Below are positions 1 to 9,610 of a DNA stretch of 48,109 nt, piece by piece (the first letter of the stretch is position 1; each line of letters starts with the position of its first letter). Position numbers and translations under genes: made by a program. The notes under the pieces were generated by a model that worked only from the letters and a program-made list of their open reading frames with translations, was not told the DNA's origin and searched no databases. The stretch is taken from contig JAZOVN010000283.1 of NCBI GenBank assembly GCA_045658725.1, forward strand, positions 1-48,109. The letters run 5' to 3'. The stretch is from Acutalibacteraceae bacterium. Its GTDB lineage: Bacteria > Bacillota > Clostridia > Oscillospirales > Acutalibacteraceae.

Positions 1-183
1 TGCAACCGCATCGGGATTATAGATAACAACTCTGTCAACGGGTTTTCCGCCGAGCTTTTTATCTGCAAGAGCAGTCAGCACGGGATTGGTTTTTTCAATG
101 CCGTCGGGAATTTCAATGCCTGCAATTTCAATGGCGGAAGCCTTGACGGATGAAATGCAGATTGAGCTGTATAAATCGGACAT
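1..183 (-). CDS. Partial CDS running off the left edge; possibly alkaline phosphatase / nucleotide pyrophosphatase superfamily
   Basis: Not in the ORF track. Manual translation from ATG at 183 gives MSDLYSSICISSVKASAIEIAG...KPVDRVVIYNPDAVA, open to the edge; AAAGGTGA RBS upstream. Family guess rests only on the VVIYNPDA strand-Asp motif. Confidence 0.55.
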   Translation of the reverse strand, partial: MSDLYSSICISSVKASAIEIAGIEIPDGIEKTNPVLTALADKKLGGKPVDRVVIYNPDAVA

Positions 184-304
184 GTTATCACCTTTCTTTG
201 TTTACGGTATCATTTAAAGCATACTCCGAATCCGTTAAACTGTCAACACTATACGCCGATTATACAAATAATAGTAAATGTTACATATTTATTTTAATAT
301 ACTG

Positions 305-333
305 TTGAAATCATATAAATTATGTGGTAATAT
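305..333 (+). promoter_or_regulatory. Putative sigma-A promoter
   Basis: TTGAAA-17 bp-TAATAT with extended -10 TG, upstream of the CDS at 379. Confidence 0.45.
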
Positions 334-378
334 AAGGTGTATATTTGACATTAAGTCAAAAAAGGAGAGTGTTTAAAC

Positions 379-2250
379 ATGAAAAACAGAATCAAAAGAG
401 TAATTTCTCTTGTTCTGTGTGCTGCAATGATCGTTTCAATCGGAGCGACAGGTGCACTTGCAGCAACAGACGACGAATGCGACGGCAACTGCGGCAGATC
501 ACCCGTCGTTATTCTCCCCGGTATCAACCATTCACCCACATACCTTTACAATGAAGACAACACATCCTATCTCGATGCTGACGGCAACGAGGTTGGCGGT
601 ACTCTTCTCATCCTCGAACTGAGCAAGCTCTGGGGTACTCTTCCCAAGCTCGTTCTCAGCCTTCTCACAACCCTCACTCTTCAGATCCCCATCGGTCTTG
701 AAGATGCCGCATACGAAGCTGCAAGCGCTGCTTTCTGGGTTCAGAAGTGCGATGAAAACGGTAATCACATCAACAACCTTCAGACAAAGAGATGGAATCA
801 TCCCATTTCCGAAATGAATGAAGACGATAAGGATTGGCTCTACACAATGATTCCTCTTCAGGCAGTTGAAAAGGAAATCGGCGGCGACCACATCTATATG
901 TTCACCTTCAACCTTGTAGGCGATCCCATGCAGTCGGCAAAAGAGCTTGACGCTTATATCGACATGGTTAAGGAGCAGACAGGTCACGATAAGGTTACCC
1001 TTCTTCCCGTTTCTCTCGGCGGTACAATCCTTACCGCATATCTTGATGCATACGGTCATGATAAGGTTGACGAAATCGTTAATGCCGTTGCTTGCCTTGA
1101 CGGTACAGATATCGTTGCTGACATGATGGAAAGAAAGTGGAACCTCACAGATGAATTCCTCTATCATGAATTTGTTCCCCCCATTCTCGGTGATGATGCA
1201 ACTCTCGGTTATCTTATCAACTGCGTGCTTCACATCATCCCCAGAGCAGGTGTTGAAGCTATTCTCAGAGGTGCAATCAGCGGTGTTCTTGACACAATGA
1301 TGATCAACTGCCCCCAGATCTGGGCAATGGTTCCTTCATACAGATATGATGCACTTGCTGAAAAATATCTTGCAGATGCTCCCGAAAAAGCACAGCTTAA
1401 GGAAAAGACAGACCGCTTCCAGCAGGCAAGACTCAACCTCAAGCAGAATATCCTCGATGCAGTTGCAGACGGCGTTAAGGTTAACACCATCGCAGGTGCA
1501 AACCTTGCATTCGGTGAGCAGGATTACACCTTCTTCGGTATCGTTGAGTCAGCTTATGACTACAACACCGACGGTATCATCAATCTTTCATCAACAACAC
1601 TCGGTGCAACAGGCGCACCCGCAGGTAAGACTTTTGACGATATCCCCTACAAGCAGGAAACATATCCTCAGAGATATTGCCTCAACAGTGATCATAACCA
1701 TGTTTCACCCGACAATAAGGTTGATGTTTCAACTTCAATCCTTCCCGAAAACACATGGATTTTCCTTGATCAGCATCACGAAGTAGGCAACAACGATGTT
1801 GTTCTCAATCTTGTCAAGGCTATCCTTGTAGGCGATGTTTCAAGCGTTAACGACGATCCCGTAAATTATCCTCAGTTCAATTACAGCTGCAACACCAAGT
1901 ATATCCGCCGCTGGAGACTTCCCGATGCTAAGAACCTTCTTGAAAAGGATGCAAAGGGCGAAATCGTTCTTCCCGAAGAAGATAAGAAAGAACTTGAAGC
2001 AGCAATCAAAGACGGCGAAGCAGTTATCAATGCAACTGTTGTTGATGCTGCAAAGGTTAAGGCTGCAGAAGATAGACTCAATGCAATTCTTGCTAAATAC
2101 GATCTTTATACATACCCCGAAGAGCCCTCAAAGTTTGATATCTTCCTTGATGATTCAATGAAGAATCTCAGCAAGTTCCTTGTCGGCTGGCTCGGTGGCG
2201 GCAACCTTATTGACTGGGTTTTCTCACCCATCACAAAGCTTTTCAAATAA
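379..2250 (+). CDS. Secreted alpha/beta-hydrolase (lipase/LCAT-like)
   Basis: Signal peptide; PVVILPGI oxyanion strand; nucleophile elbow PVSLGG; candidate Asp (TDGII) and His (QHHE); AAGGAG RBS. Confidence 0.75.
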   Translation: MKNRIKRVISLVLCAAMIVSIGATGALAATDDECDGNCGRSPVVILPGINHSPTYLYNEDNTSYLDADGNEVGGTLLILELSKLWGTLPKLVLSLLTTLTLQIPIGLEDAAYEAASAAFWVQKCDENGNHINNLQTKRWNHPISEMNEDDKDWLYTMIPLQAVEKEIGGDHIYMFTFNLVGDPMQSAKELDAYIDMVKEQTGHDKVTLLPVSLGGTILTAYLDAYGHDKVDEIVNAVACLDGTDIVADMMERKWNLTDEFLYHEFVPPILGDDATLGYLINCVLHIIPRAGVEAILRGAISGVLDTMMINCPQIWAMVPSYRYDALAEKYLADAPEKAQLKEKTDRFQQARLNLKQNILDAVADGVKVNTIAGANLAFGEQDYTFFGIVESAYDYNTDGIINLSSTTLGATGAPAGKTFDDIPYKQETYPQRYCLNSDHNHVSPDNKVDVSTSILPENTWIFLDQHHEVGNNDVVLNLVKAILVGDVSSVNDDPVNYPQFNYSCNTKYIRRWRLPDAKNLLEKDAKGEIVLPEEDKKELEAAIKDGEAVINATVVDAAKVKAAEDRLNAILAKYDLYTYPEEPSKFDIFLDDSMKNLSKFLVGWLGGGNLIDWVFSPITKLFK

Positions 2251-2271
2251 TAAACAGGGGTTGAAAAGATA

Positions 2272-4116
2272 ATGAAAAAAGCAATTTCCTTTGTTCTCGC
2301 AATTATAATGATATTTTCCGTTATGACTGTCGGCGCTTCGGCTGCCGCAGTCAAGACGGAATGCGGCGGCAACTGTGACACATGTCCTTCAATTGTTGTT
2401 CCCGGTATCGGTCAGTCGAATGTCTGGGCACTCGATGAAAACGGAGATTACCGTCTTGATGACAACGGAGAAAGAATGATGTGCTTCCCTGCAATCTTCG
2501 ATATCGGTTACATAATCAAGAGAGCGATTTTCCCTGTTCTTCTCAGCCTTCTGACTCAGAGCGACGCAGGTCTCTCCGATGCACTTTCGGATGTTATTCT
2601 CGACAGCTTTGCAGTTAACATGTGCGATGACAACGGCAAGAACACGGGTAACATTGAGGTTGAAAAATATCCTTATTCGGTTGCTGAATGCAGCGAATAC
2701 GAAAAAGAGCAGATTTATAATAATGTTCCCCTTATCGATTATGCAAATCAGGCAGGTGAAGACCACCTTTATTATTTTGCATATAACTCATTCAGCAATC
2801 ATCTTGATATCGTAAACGAGCTTTATGATTTTGTTCAGATGGTCAAGAAGGATACCGGTCACGATAAGGTTAACCTTGTTCCCATCAGCATGGGCGGATC
2901 GGTTATGAACGGTCTTCTCGAATATCATCCCGATGTTATGGATGATATTAACAAGGTTGTTTATATTGTTCCCGCACTTGACGGCTCAACAATCGTCGGC
3001 GACCTTCTCATGAAGGATCTCACCTTCCTTGATAAGGAGTTCCTTTTCAACGGCTTCCTTGAAACACTTATGGATGAAGATGAAGCAAGAATGATTGAGG
3101 TTATCGCAAGAATCATTCCTGACGATGTTCTTCTCAAGGGTCTTAAGGCAGCGGTCAACACTCTTGTTGATGAAGTTGCGGTCAACATCACAACTCTCTG
3201 GGCACTCAGCCCCTCGTCATATTATCCTCAGCTTGCTTTGAAGCATCTTTCGGATCCCTCAAAGGCTGAAATCAAACGCCAGACAGAGATGTATTATTAT
3301 GCTCAGGTCAACTCCGATAAGAATATTCAGACCCTTATAGACAAGGGTGTTCAGGTGTTCAACATTGTTGACTATGATGTACCTCTCTACTGCATCGGCA
3401 ATACATGGAATGACGATAATGCAGACGGTGTTATTCACCTTGATTCAACATCAATGGGCGTTAAGAGTGCAAAGGTTGGCGAAACCCTTCCCGAGGATTA
3501 TGTTCAGGCAAACACTTATTGCTCAAATCCTGCTCATGATCATATTTCTCCCGACAGAGTTGTTGACGCATCAACGGGTCTTCTTCCCGACACAACCTTC
3601 TATTTCGATGCTCAGAATCATGAGAAGACAGCGAGAAACGATATCATAATTTCTCTTGCAACAACACTTCTTGCAACTGACGATATCACCGATGTTTATT
3701 CAACACCCGACTATCCTCAGTTCAACGGTGCAAGAGATCCGAGAGGTCTTAAAAACAGCCACATTCCCGCAGCAAAGGCTGTTGACACTTCAACCCTTTC
3801 ACCCGAAGTTGCCGCAGAGCTTGAAACCGCACTCGCAGAAGCTGAAGCTTTTGTTAACGGAACTGTTTGCTATGCAGGTCAGCAGAAGGAAGTTGAAGCA
3901 AAGCTTAAGAATGCTCTCGTAAAAGCAGGTGTTTATACCGCAGAGGAAGAGGAAGAACCTTCGGATTTCTTCGGCAAGCTCAGCCTCTGGCTTTATGAAA
4001 ACTACGGTACGGAAGGTTATATCGAGATGCCTCCCATCACGGTTAACCTTATTGCAAAAGGATTTATCACTCTTCTCAACGAATATATCCTTAAACCCAT
4101 AAACGATATGCTTTAA
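2272..4116 (+). CDS. Secreted alpha/beta-hydrolase, tandem paralog of 379..2250
   Basis: Signal peptide; PSIVVPGI; TGHDKVNLVPISMGG; ADGVI; QNHE; colinear with the upstream paralog. Confidence 0.75.
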   Translation: MKKAISFVLAIIMIFSVMTVGASAAAVKTECGGNCDTCPSIVVPGIGQSNVWALDENGDYRLDDNGERMMCFPAIFDIGYIIKRAIFPVLLSLLTQSDAGLSDALSDVILDSFAVNMCDDNGKNTGNIEVEKYPYSVAECSEYEKEQIYNNVPLIDYANQAGEDHLYYFAYNSFSNHLDIVNELYDFVQMVKKDTGHDKVNLVPISMGGSVMNGLLEYHPDVMDDINKVVYIVPALDGSTIVGDLLMKDLTFLDKEFLFNGFLETLMDEDEARMIEVIARIIPDDVLLKGLKAAVNTLVDEVAVNITTLWALSPSSYYPQLALKHLSDPSKAEIKRQTEMYYYAQVNSDKNIQTLIDKGVQVFNIVDYDVPLYCIGNTWNDDNADGVIHLDSTSMGVKSAKVGETLPEDYVQANTYCSNPAHDHISPDRVVDASTGLLPDTTFYFDAQNHEKTARNDIIISLATTLLATDDITDVYSTPDYPQFNGARDPRGLKNSHIPAAKAVDTSTLSPEVAAELETALAEAEAFVNGTVCYAGQQKEVEAKLKNALVKAGVYTAEEEEEPSDFFGKLSLWLYENYGTEGYIEMPPITVNLIAKGFITLLNEYILKPINDML

Positions 4117-4120
4117 AATA

Positions 4121-4152
4121 AAACGGACTGCCTCGCATGAGGCAGTCCGTTT
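4121..4152. terminator. Terminator-like hairpin, copy 1 of a duplicated hairpin
   Basis: AAACGGACTGCCTC-GCAT-GAGGCAGTCCGTTT immediately after the stop codon. Confidence 0.7.
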
Positions 4153-4188
4153 CATCTTGCGGAAAAACTTGTTTTTCGGCAAGATGAC

Positions 4189-4395
4189 GGCTGTTGAGAA
4201 AGGAAGCTGAATGTCGTTTTCTTCGCTTGAAGGTGTATACAGATACATCGAAAAGCGAAAAAACGGCAAATAAACGAAAACCAACACGGCGGGATATGGG
4301 CATCCCGCCCTACTATTTTTACTGCTTTTGCGGGTCGTCGGGTCGCCGACCCCTACATTTGTTTCGTTTATGTTTCAGCGACTTTATCGACAGTC
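4189..4395. mobile_element. MITE-like element (about 207 bp), copy A
   Basis: Highly similar to 29206..29411; imperfect terminal inverted repeats GGCTGTTGAGAAAG / CTTTATCGACAGTC; flanked by two copies of the same hairpin; no transposase. Confidence 0.65.
4288..4356 (-). repeat. Two GTAG-type REP-like palindromes inside MITE copy A
   Basis: Minus strand reads GTAGGGCGGGATGCCCATATCCCGCC (4288-4313) and GTAGGGGTCGGCGACCCGACGACCCGC (4330-4356). Confidence 0.6.
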
Positions 4396-4398
4396 AAA

Positions 4399-4429
4399 AA
4401 ACGGACCGCCTCGCATGAGGCAGTCCGTT
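4399..4429. terminator. Terminator-like hairpin, copy 2
   Basis: AAACGGACCGCCTCGCATGAGGCAGTCCGTT, one mismatch from 4121-4151; directly after the GH31 stop. Confidence 0.65.
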
Positions 4430-4434
4430 GGTTT

Positions 4435-6837
4435 TTATTTCTTCAATGTTAATATTTCTTCAATAGGTCCTGCAAAATCTTTTGCAACAGAGGGGAGTGA
4501 TTTGCCGTTCTTTACAAAGGCGGTGTAAATCATTCCTTTTTTGTCTGTTGACATCTGGAATTTTGAGATGAGCTTGATGAGTTCCTGCTTCTCATCCTTG
4601 TTTCCGAGATATACACAATTGCTCAGAGCAATCTTTATTTCGGAAATTGCCTTGGCATTAACGGTGATTTCGAGTGTGCCGCCGATTTTTTCAATCTTTG
4701 CATCATATGTATTGCCGTCAACGGTTATTGACGCATCTGCGGAAACGATATCCTTGAATTTAAAGATAAAGGTTCTGCTTTCGGGAGCAACGGTTGAAAC
4801 GCCCTCTGCCTTTTTGACGGAGAAATCAACCTTGTTGCCGTTTTCGGAAACGGTGAATGCGGTTTTGAGGTATTCGCCGTTCTGATAAGAGAGGGTTTCG
4901 CCGTCATCCTCATAAAGAGTGAAGGTGTTGTTACCTCTGTAAATCCAGAGTTCAAGCTCTTCGGGATTTGAGCAGTCGTTTGTTCTGTCGTTGACGCTCA
5001 TGGGAATAATTGAGCCTTCTTTTGCAAGAACGGGAATTGTTTCGATATCGCGGAACATCTTGACGAATTTATTTCCCTCATAAATTCTGCCCGTGAAAAT
5101 ATCGGTGTATCTTCCTTCGGGAAGCCATACATTGACACCTGCAAGATTGGTTTTTGCCGAGGTATGCTCCGTTATCGGTGCAACGATGAGCTCCGTGCCG
5201 AAGAAGAATTCATTTTTGCAGTTATACGCATTTTTGTTTTCTGGATATGCATAATACATCGGTTCGCAGATTGCTCGGCATTCGGTGTGAGTGCGGTAGT
5301 TCATTGTGTAAATATAGGGCAGAAGCTTATGGCGGAGACGGAGAGCATCGCTTGCGATTCTCTGAACGGGACCGCTGAATTTCCACGGCTCCTTGCCTGC
5401 GAACTCGTTGTTTGTTGAATGCAGACGGTTAACGGGGCTGAAAATTCCGAGCTGTACCCAGCGGAGATAAAGTTCATCGTCTCTTTTACCCATGCAATGA
5501 CCACCGATATCGTGGCTCCACCAGGGATATGCAACATTTGATGCGGTAGCGGTAAAGCCGGGCTGAAAATCAAGGCTCTTCCAAGTCTGGGTTGTGTCAC
5601 CGCTGAAGCCGAGAGGATATCTCTGACTGCCTGCACCGCAGAATCGTGAAAGAATAAGGGGTCTGTGATTATCCTTGGCGTTGTCAAGGAAATGATAATG
5701 GTTGAGTGCCCAAAGAGGGTCAAGACCGGGTGTTGCGGTGTTTTTGCCCTGCTGCCAGTCAATCCACCAGAAGTCAACGCCTGCTTTTTCAAGCGGATGA
5801 TGAAGAATATCAAAATAATTCTCGGTGAATTTTTTATCTGTTATGTCAAATGCAACGGGCTTCTTTTCGGCAGGATTCTGACCCATTGCCTTGCACATGT
5901 CTTTGTACTGATCTTCAAACCAACGCACACCCATTGACGGATGAATGTTGAAGGTGACATGATAGTTGTCATCTTTGAGCTTCTTTATAAAGCCGTAGGG
6001 GTCGGGGAAAAGGTCGGTGTTGAAGCTGTAGCCCGTCCAGCCGACTGACCACACATCATAAACATATTCCATGAAGTTGCGGTGCTTTTCAATCTTATGA
6101 GCATCCTTGCCGAATTTTTCTTTGATTTTAACCCAGTGCCAGTCCATGTCAACCGTTGCAACGGTGATGGGAATTTCTTCTTCCTTGAACTTATCCATCA
6201 GTTCAAGATATTCAGCCTGAGAATAATCCTTGTATCTGCTCCACCAGTTTGAGAGGGCATATCTCGGAATGAGGGGAACTTTGCCCGTGAGTTTATATAA
6301 ATCGGTTGTTGCACCGATATAATCATAGCCGTAGGCGAAATAATATTTGTCGCTTCCTTTGTTATCTTTAGGGAGAATTGAACCGTCGGGCTTTATTGCA
6401 AGAGTTTTGCTGTCATCAAGGATTGCAACGCCGTTTTTTGAGCATACGCCGTCGGTAAGAGTGATGATGCCTGCGGTGATATCAAGAGTACGGCAGGTGC
6501 CCTTGAGGTTGCCCGATTTGTAGTTTTTAACGGTTCTGCCGTCGGCAAGCTCAATGCGGAGCATTTTGTTTGATTTAAGAGAATAAACGAACTTTGCACC
6601 CGAGGTTTTTATTTCGATAATACCGTTTGTCTCCTTGGTTTCAAAATCCGTTTTGCAGAAATCGCGGAACCATACGCTCTGAGTGGGCTCATCACAGAAT
6701 TTTCCGTCTTTCTGAGTTTCAACACGCAAAAGACAGGGAGCTATAACCGTAAGTCTTGTTTTGCCCTTTGTTACTGTCTGCTTTTCGGGTGCAACGGGGG
6801 AGCAGTCGATTTTAAATCTTTTTGAAAAATTATCCAT
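4435..6837 (-). CDS. Glycoside hydrolase family 31 (alpha-glucosidase/xylosidase-like; resembles the GH31_u1 group)
   Basis: NWWSRY, VATVDMDWH, GWTGYS, nucleophile motif DFWWIDWQQG, acid/base GFSGDT, WWSHDIGG, RLHS; no signal peptide. Confidence 0.9.
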   Translation of the reverse strand: MDNFSKRFKIDCSPVAPEKQTVTKGKTRLTVIAPCLLRVETQKDGKFCDEPTQSVWFRDFCKTDFETKETNGIIEIKTSGAKFVYSLKSNKMLRIELADGRTVKNYKSGNLKGTCRTLDITAGIITLTDGVCSKNGVAILDDSKTLAIKPDGSILPKDNKGSDKYYFAYGYDYIGATTDLYKLTGKVPLIPRYALSNWWSRYKDYSQAEYLELMDKFKEEEIPITVATVDMDWHWVKIKEKFGKDAHKIEKHRNFMEYVYDVWSVGWTGYSFNTDLFPDPYGFIKKLKDDNYHVTFNIHPSMGVRWFEDQYKDMCKAMGQNPAEKKPVAFDITDKKFTENYFDILHHPLEKAGVDFWWIDWQQGKNTATPGLDPLWALNHYHFLDNAKDNHRPLILSRFCGAGSQRYPLGFSGDTTQTWKSLDFQPGFTATASNVAYPWWSHDIGGHCMGKRDDELYLRWVQLGIFSPVNRLHSTNNEFAGKEPWKFSGPVQRIASDALRLRHKLLPYIYTMNYRTHTECRAICEPMYYAYPENKNAYNCKNEFFFGTELIVAPITEHTSAKTNLAGVNVWLPEGRYTDIFTGRIYEGNKFVKMFRDIETIPVLAKEGSIIPMSVNDRTNDCSNPEELELWIYRGNNTFTLYEDDGETLSYQNGEYLKTAFTVSENGNKVDFSVKKAEGVSTVAPESRTFIFKFKDIVSADASITVDGNTYDAKIEKIGGTLEITVNAKAISEIKIALSNCVYLGNKDEKQELIKLISKFQMSTDKKGMIYTAFVKNGKSLPSVAKDFAGPIEEILTLKK

Positions 6838-8089
6838 GATAATCTCCCTTCATTTTCTTGAAATAATGCATTGCGAATATGATAACCCCGATACCGATAA
6901 CGGGATAAATTGCGGTTACGAGCATTCCTGCTTTAAGACCTATCTGCTCGGTTGCAAGACCGAGATTTGCTCCAAGCTCTGCGGCAAAGCTGCTTTCGGA
7001 AACCTTGTCAACAATAATTCCGAGAAGCTGAGGGGCAACGGAAGCACCGAGATCGCCGCTTGACGCCATAAGTGCATATGCCGCAACTCCGATTCCGGGC
7101 ACATTTTCTTCCATCATAATAAGTGTTCCGGGCCAGAGCATAGAAGTGAAAAGTCCTGTTAAAATGCAGGCAATAAATGCGAAAACAACATTTGTTGAAA
7201 GTCCTGCTGTGATATAGCAGACAGCGGCTCCCGCCATTCCGAAGAGAAGAACTCTCATGATGTTTTTGCCGAATTTTGCATATGAGATTCTTGCAATGCC
7301 GAGAAGGATTGCAAAAGTTGCCATACCGAGAATATCGCCGAAGGTTTTGTCAACCTGAAGAGCGTTTTCCATATAGGTTGAAACCCAGTTTGACATTGAG
7401 TTTTCGGCACAGCTGCCGAAGAAAATAGAAGCAACGCATATTGCAAGGGCAAGGGTTCTTCTGCCCGTACCCTTTGTTCCTTCTTCGGAAGAGGAGCTTT
7501 CACTCATATCGGGCATGGGGGAAAGAATGAATGTTACGGCTGCCGTGACGGGAAGAACCGCCCAGAAAATTGTGAGCCACATCCAGTTATCCGCACCGAA
7601 GATTCTGAGGAAAAGGGTGCTGATAACAACAACTGTAAAAACGCCGAAGGCATAGAGCGAATGAAGAAGGCTCATATCCTTCTGAGGATTATCGGAAGGA
7701 ATTGCCGCAATAACGGGGCTGAGAAGAACCTCCGAAAGACCTGCCGAAACAGAAAAAATCACCGTTCCGACAAGCAGACCTGCATATGCATACTGCGGAA
7801 AAAGATTCGGAATCAATGCATAGATAAGCAGACCTGCCGAGGTTATAAGCGGCATCACTCTGACAACTTTTTTGATGTTGAAGTGTTTTGAAAACACGGT
7901 AAAAATCAGATCTACCGTCAACTGTGTGCAGAAGTTTGTCAGCACAAGAGTGCCGAGAAGAGTGTAGGAAATTCCGTACATATCCTGAAGCGATGCAAAC
8001 AGAAGCGGCGGAAGACTGAAGATTGACGACATGGTGAAATATGCCAGATAGCAGGCAAGTTTTGTGCGTTTGAATTTGTTTGCGTTCAT
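6830..8089 (-). CDS. MFS sugar transporter
   Basis: 419 aa, about 12 hydrophobic segments; overlaps the GH31 start (translational coupling). Confidence 0.85.
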   Translation of the reverse strand: MNANKFKRTKLACYLAYFTMSSIFSLPPLLFASLQDMYGISYTLLGTLVLTNFCTQLTVDLIFTVFSKHFNIKKVVRVMPLITSAGLLIYALIPNLFPQYAYAGLLVGTVIFSVSAGLSEVLLSPVIAAIPSDNPQKDMSLLHSLYAFGVFTVVVISTLFLRIFGADNWMWLTIFWAVLPVTAAVTFILSPMPDMSESSSSEEGTKGTGRRTLALAICVASIFFGSCAENSMSNWVSTYMENALQVDKTFGDILGMATFAILLGIARISYAKFGKNIMRVLLFGMAGAAVCYITAGLSTNVVFAFIACILTGLFTSMLWPGTLIMMEENVPGIGVAAYALMASSGDLGASVAPQLLGIIVDKVSESSFAAELGANLGLATEQIGLKAGMLVTAIYPVIGIGVIIFAMHYFKKMKGDYHG

Positions 8090-8148
8090 ATAATTCTCCC
8101 GGATGTTTATTCAACTGATAATTATAACATATATTAACATAAAGTGAA

Positions 8149-8189
8149 ATACCTCTGCGAAAAAAGATTTGTCTTTTTTGCAGAGGTAT
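8149..8189 (-). terminator. Hairpin downstream of gatB
   Basis: ATACCTCTGCGAAAAAAGA...TCTTTTTTGCAGAGGTAT inverted repeat. Confidence 0.55.
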
Positions 8190-8194
8190 CAGCG

Positions 8195-9607
8195 TTAAAT
8201 GTTATTAAGTTCTTTTTCGAGAAGCTCTCTGATAACTGCGGGGTCGCCGTTGCCCTTGAGCTCTTTCATGATGCAGCCGAAGATTGACTGCATAGCCTTG
8301 ACCTTACCGCTCTTATAGTCAGCAACCGCCTTATCGTTTTCACCGATAACACGGCGGACAGTATCAAGAATAAAGCTGTCGTCAATCTTTGCGTTGAGGC
8401 TGTTTTCTTCGCAGTATTTATCAACATCAACATCGTTTTCGAATACTGCCGAAAGAACCTTCTTGCCTGCGGCACGGGTGATTTCTCCGCTTTCAACAAG
8501 TTCAATTATTCTTGAAAGCTTTGATGCATCAATGTCAAGCGAGGTGAGCTCGAGACGCTTCATCTGACCCATGCATTCTGTGAGAATCCAGCTTGCAACG
8601 GTCTTGGGGCTTCTGCCCATTGCAACAACCGCATCAAACATATCTGCAAGCTTTCTGTCGGAAGCAAGAACGGAAGCTTCTTTTGTTGCGATGCCCATAT
8701 CCTCATAAAGAGAAGTTTTCTCATCTGCAGTTGCGGGCATGCTTGCCTTGATTTCTGCAAGCCATTCATCGTCAATAACGATGGGCATGAGGTTGGGGTC
8801 GGGGAAATATCTGTAGTCCGCAGCGGTTTCCTTGTTTCTCATGGGGAAGGTACGGCGCTTGACATCGTCCCAGCGGCGTGTTTCCTGAACAAGCATTTCT
8901 GTGTGACGCTCGATAGCATCAACATGGCGGACCTTTTCAAACTCAATTGCATCCTTGATTTCGGAAAGTGAGCTCATGTTTTTGATTTCGGAACGGACAC
9001 CGAGCTCATCCGAGCCTTCGGGGCGGACCGAAATATTGACATCGCATCTCATTGCACCTTCTTCGCATTCGGAAATGCCTGCAAACTGAAGGCTTGATTT
9101 AAGCTTTTTGAGATATGCGATAACCTCATCCGATGAACGGAAGTCGGGTCTGCTTACGATTTCAATAAGGGGAACGCTTGTGCGGTTATAGTCAACAAAT
9201 GAAGTGTTTGTTGCTTCATCGTGAACGAGCTTACCTGCGTCTTCTTCAACATGAATCTGCTTGATTCCGATTGTTCTGTCGCCGATCTGAACGCTGCCGT
9301 CAACGCAGATGGGGTGGAACCACTGAGTTATCTGATAAGCACAGGGAAGGTCGGGATAATAATAGCTCTTCTTATCGAAGGTTGTGTACTGATTGATTTT
9401 GCAGTTAAGCATGAAGCCTGCCTTGACTGCAAGCTCGATTGCGTGCTTGTTTGTTACGGGAAGCATACCGGGCATACCGCTGCAGGCAGGGCATACGCAG
9501 TCGTTGGGCTCCTTGGGGCTTGAATGACCGCCGCAGGAGCAGAAAAGCTTTGAATCGGTGGAAAGTTCAACATGCGTTTCCAAACCTATAACAAGTTCGT
9601 ATTTCAT
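8195..9607 (-). CDS. gatB: Asp-tRNA(Asn)/Glu-tRNA(Gln) amidotransferase subunit B
   Basis: VIGLETHVEL, YYYPDLP, IHVEEDAGK, DYNR.SVPLIEIVS, QETRRWD, DYRYFPDP; C-terminal YqeY-like domain. Confidence 0.95.
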   Translation of the reverse strand: MKYELVIGLETHVELSTDSKLFCSCGGHSSPKEPNDCVCPACSGMPGMLPVTNKHAIELAVKAGFMLNCKINQYTTFDKKSYYYPDLPCAYQITQWFHPICVDGSVQIGDRTIGIKQIHVEEDAGKLVHDEATNTSFVDYNRTSVPLIEIVSRPDFRSSDEVIAYLKKLKSSLQFAGISECEEGAMRCDVNISVRPEGSDELGVRSEIKNMSSLSEIKDAIEFEKVRHVDAIERHTEMLVQETRRWDDVKRRTFPMRNKETAADYRYFPDPNLMPIVIDDEWLAEIKASMPATADEKTSLYEDMGIATKEASVLASDRKLADMFDAVVAMGRSPKTVASWILTECMGQMKRLELTSLDIDASKLSRIIELVESGEITRAAGKKVLSAVFENDVDVDKYCEENSLNAKIDDSFILDTVRRVIGENDKAVADYKSGKVKAMQSIFGCIMKELKGNGDPAVIRELLEKELNNI

Positions 9608-9610
9608 TAT

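Noticed and set aside
4194-4418. Similar short ORFs at 4194..4418 and 29211..29510 (and their antisense ORFs) as a duplicated small protein
   Set aside because: They lie inside the repeated element, lack good RBS/start codons and diverge in frame at the 3' end; the similarity is explained by the DNA repeat.
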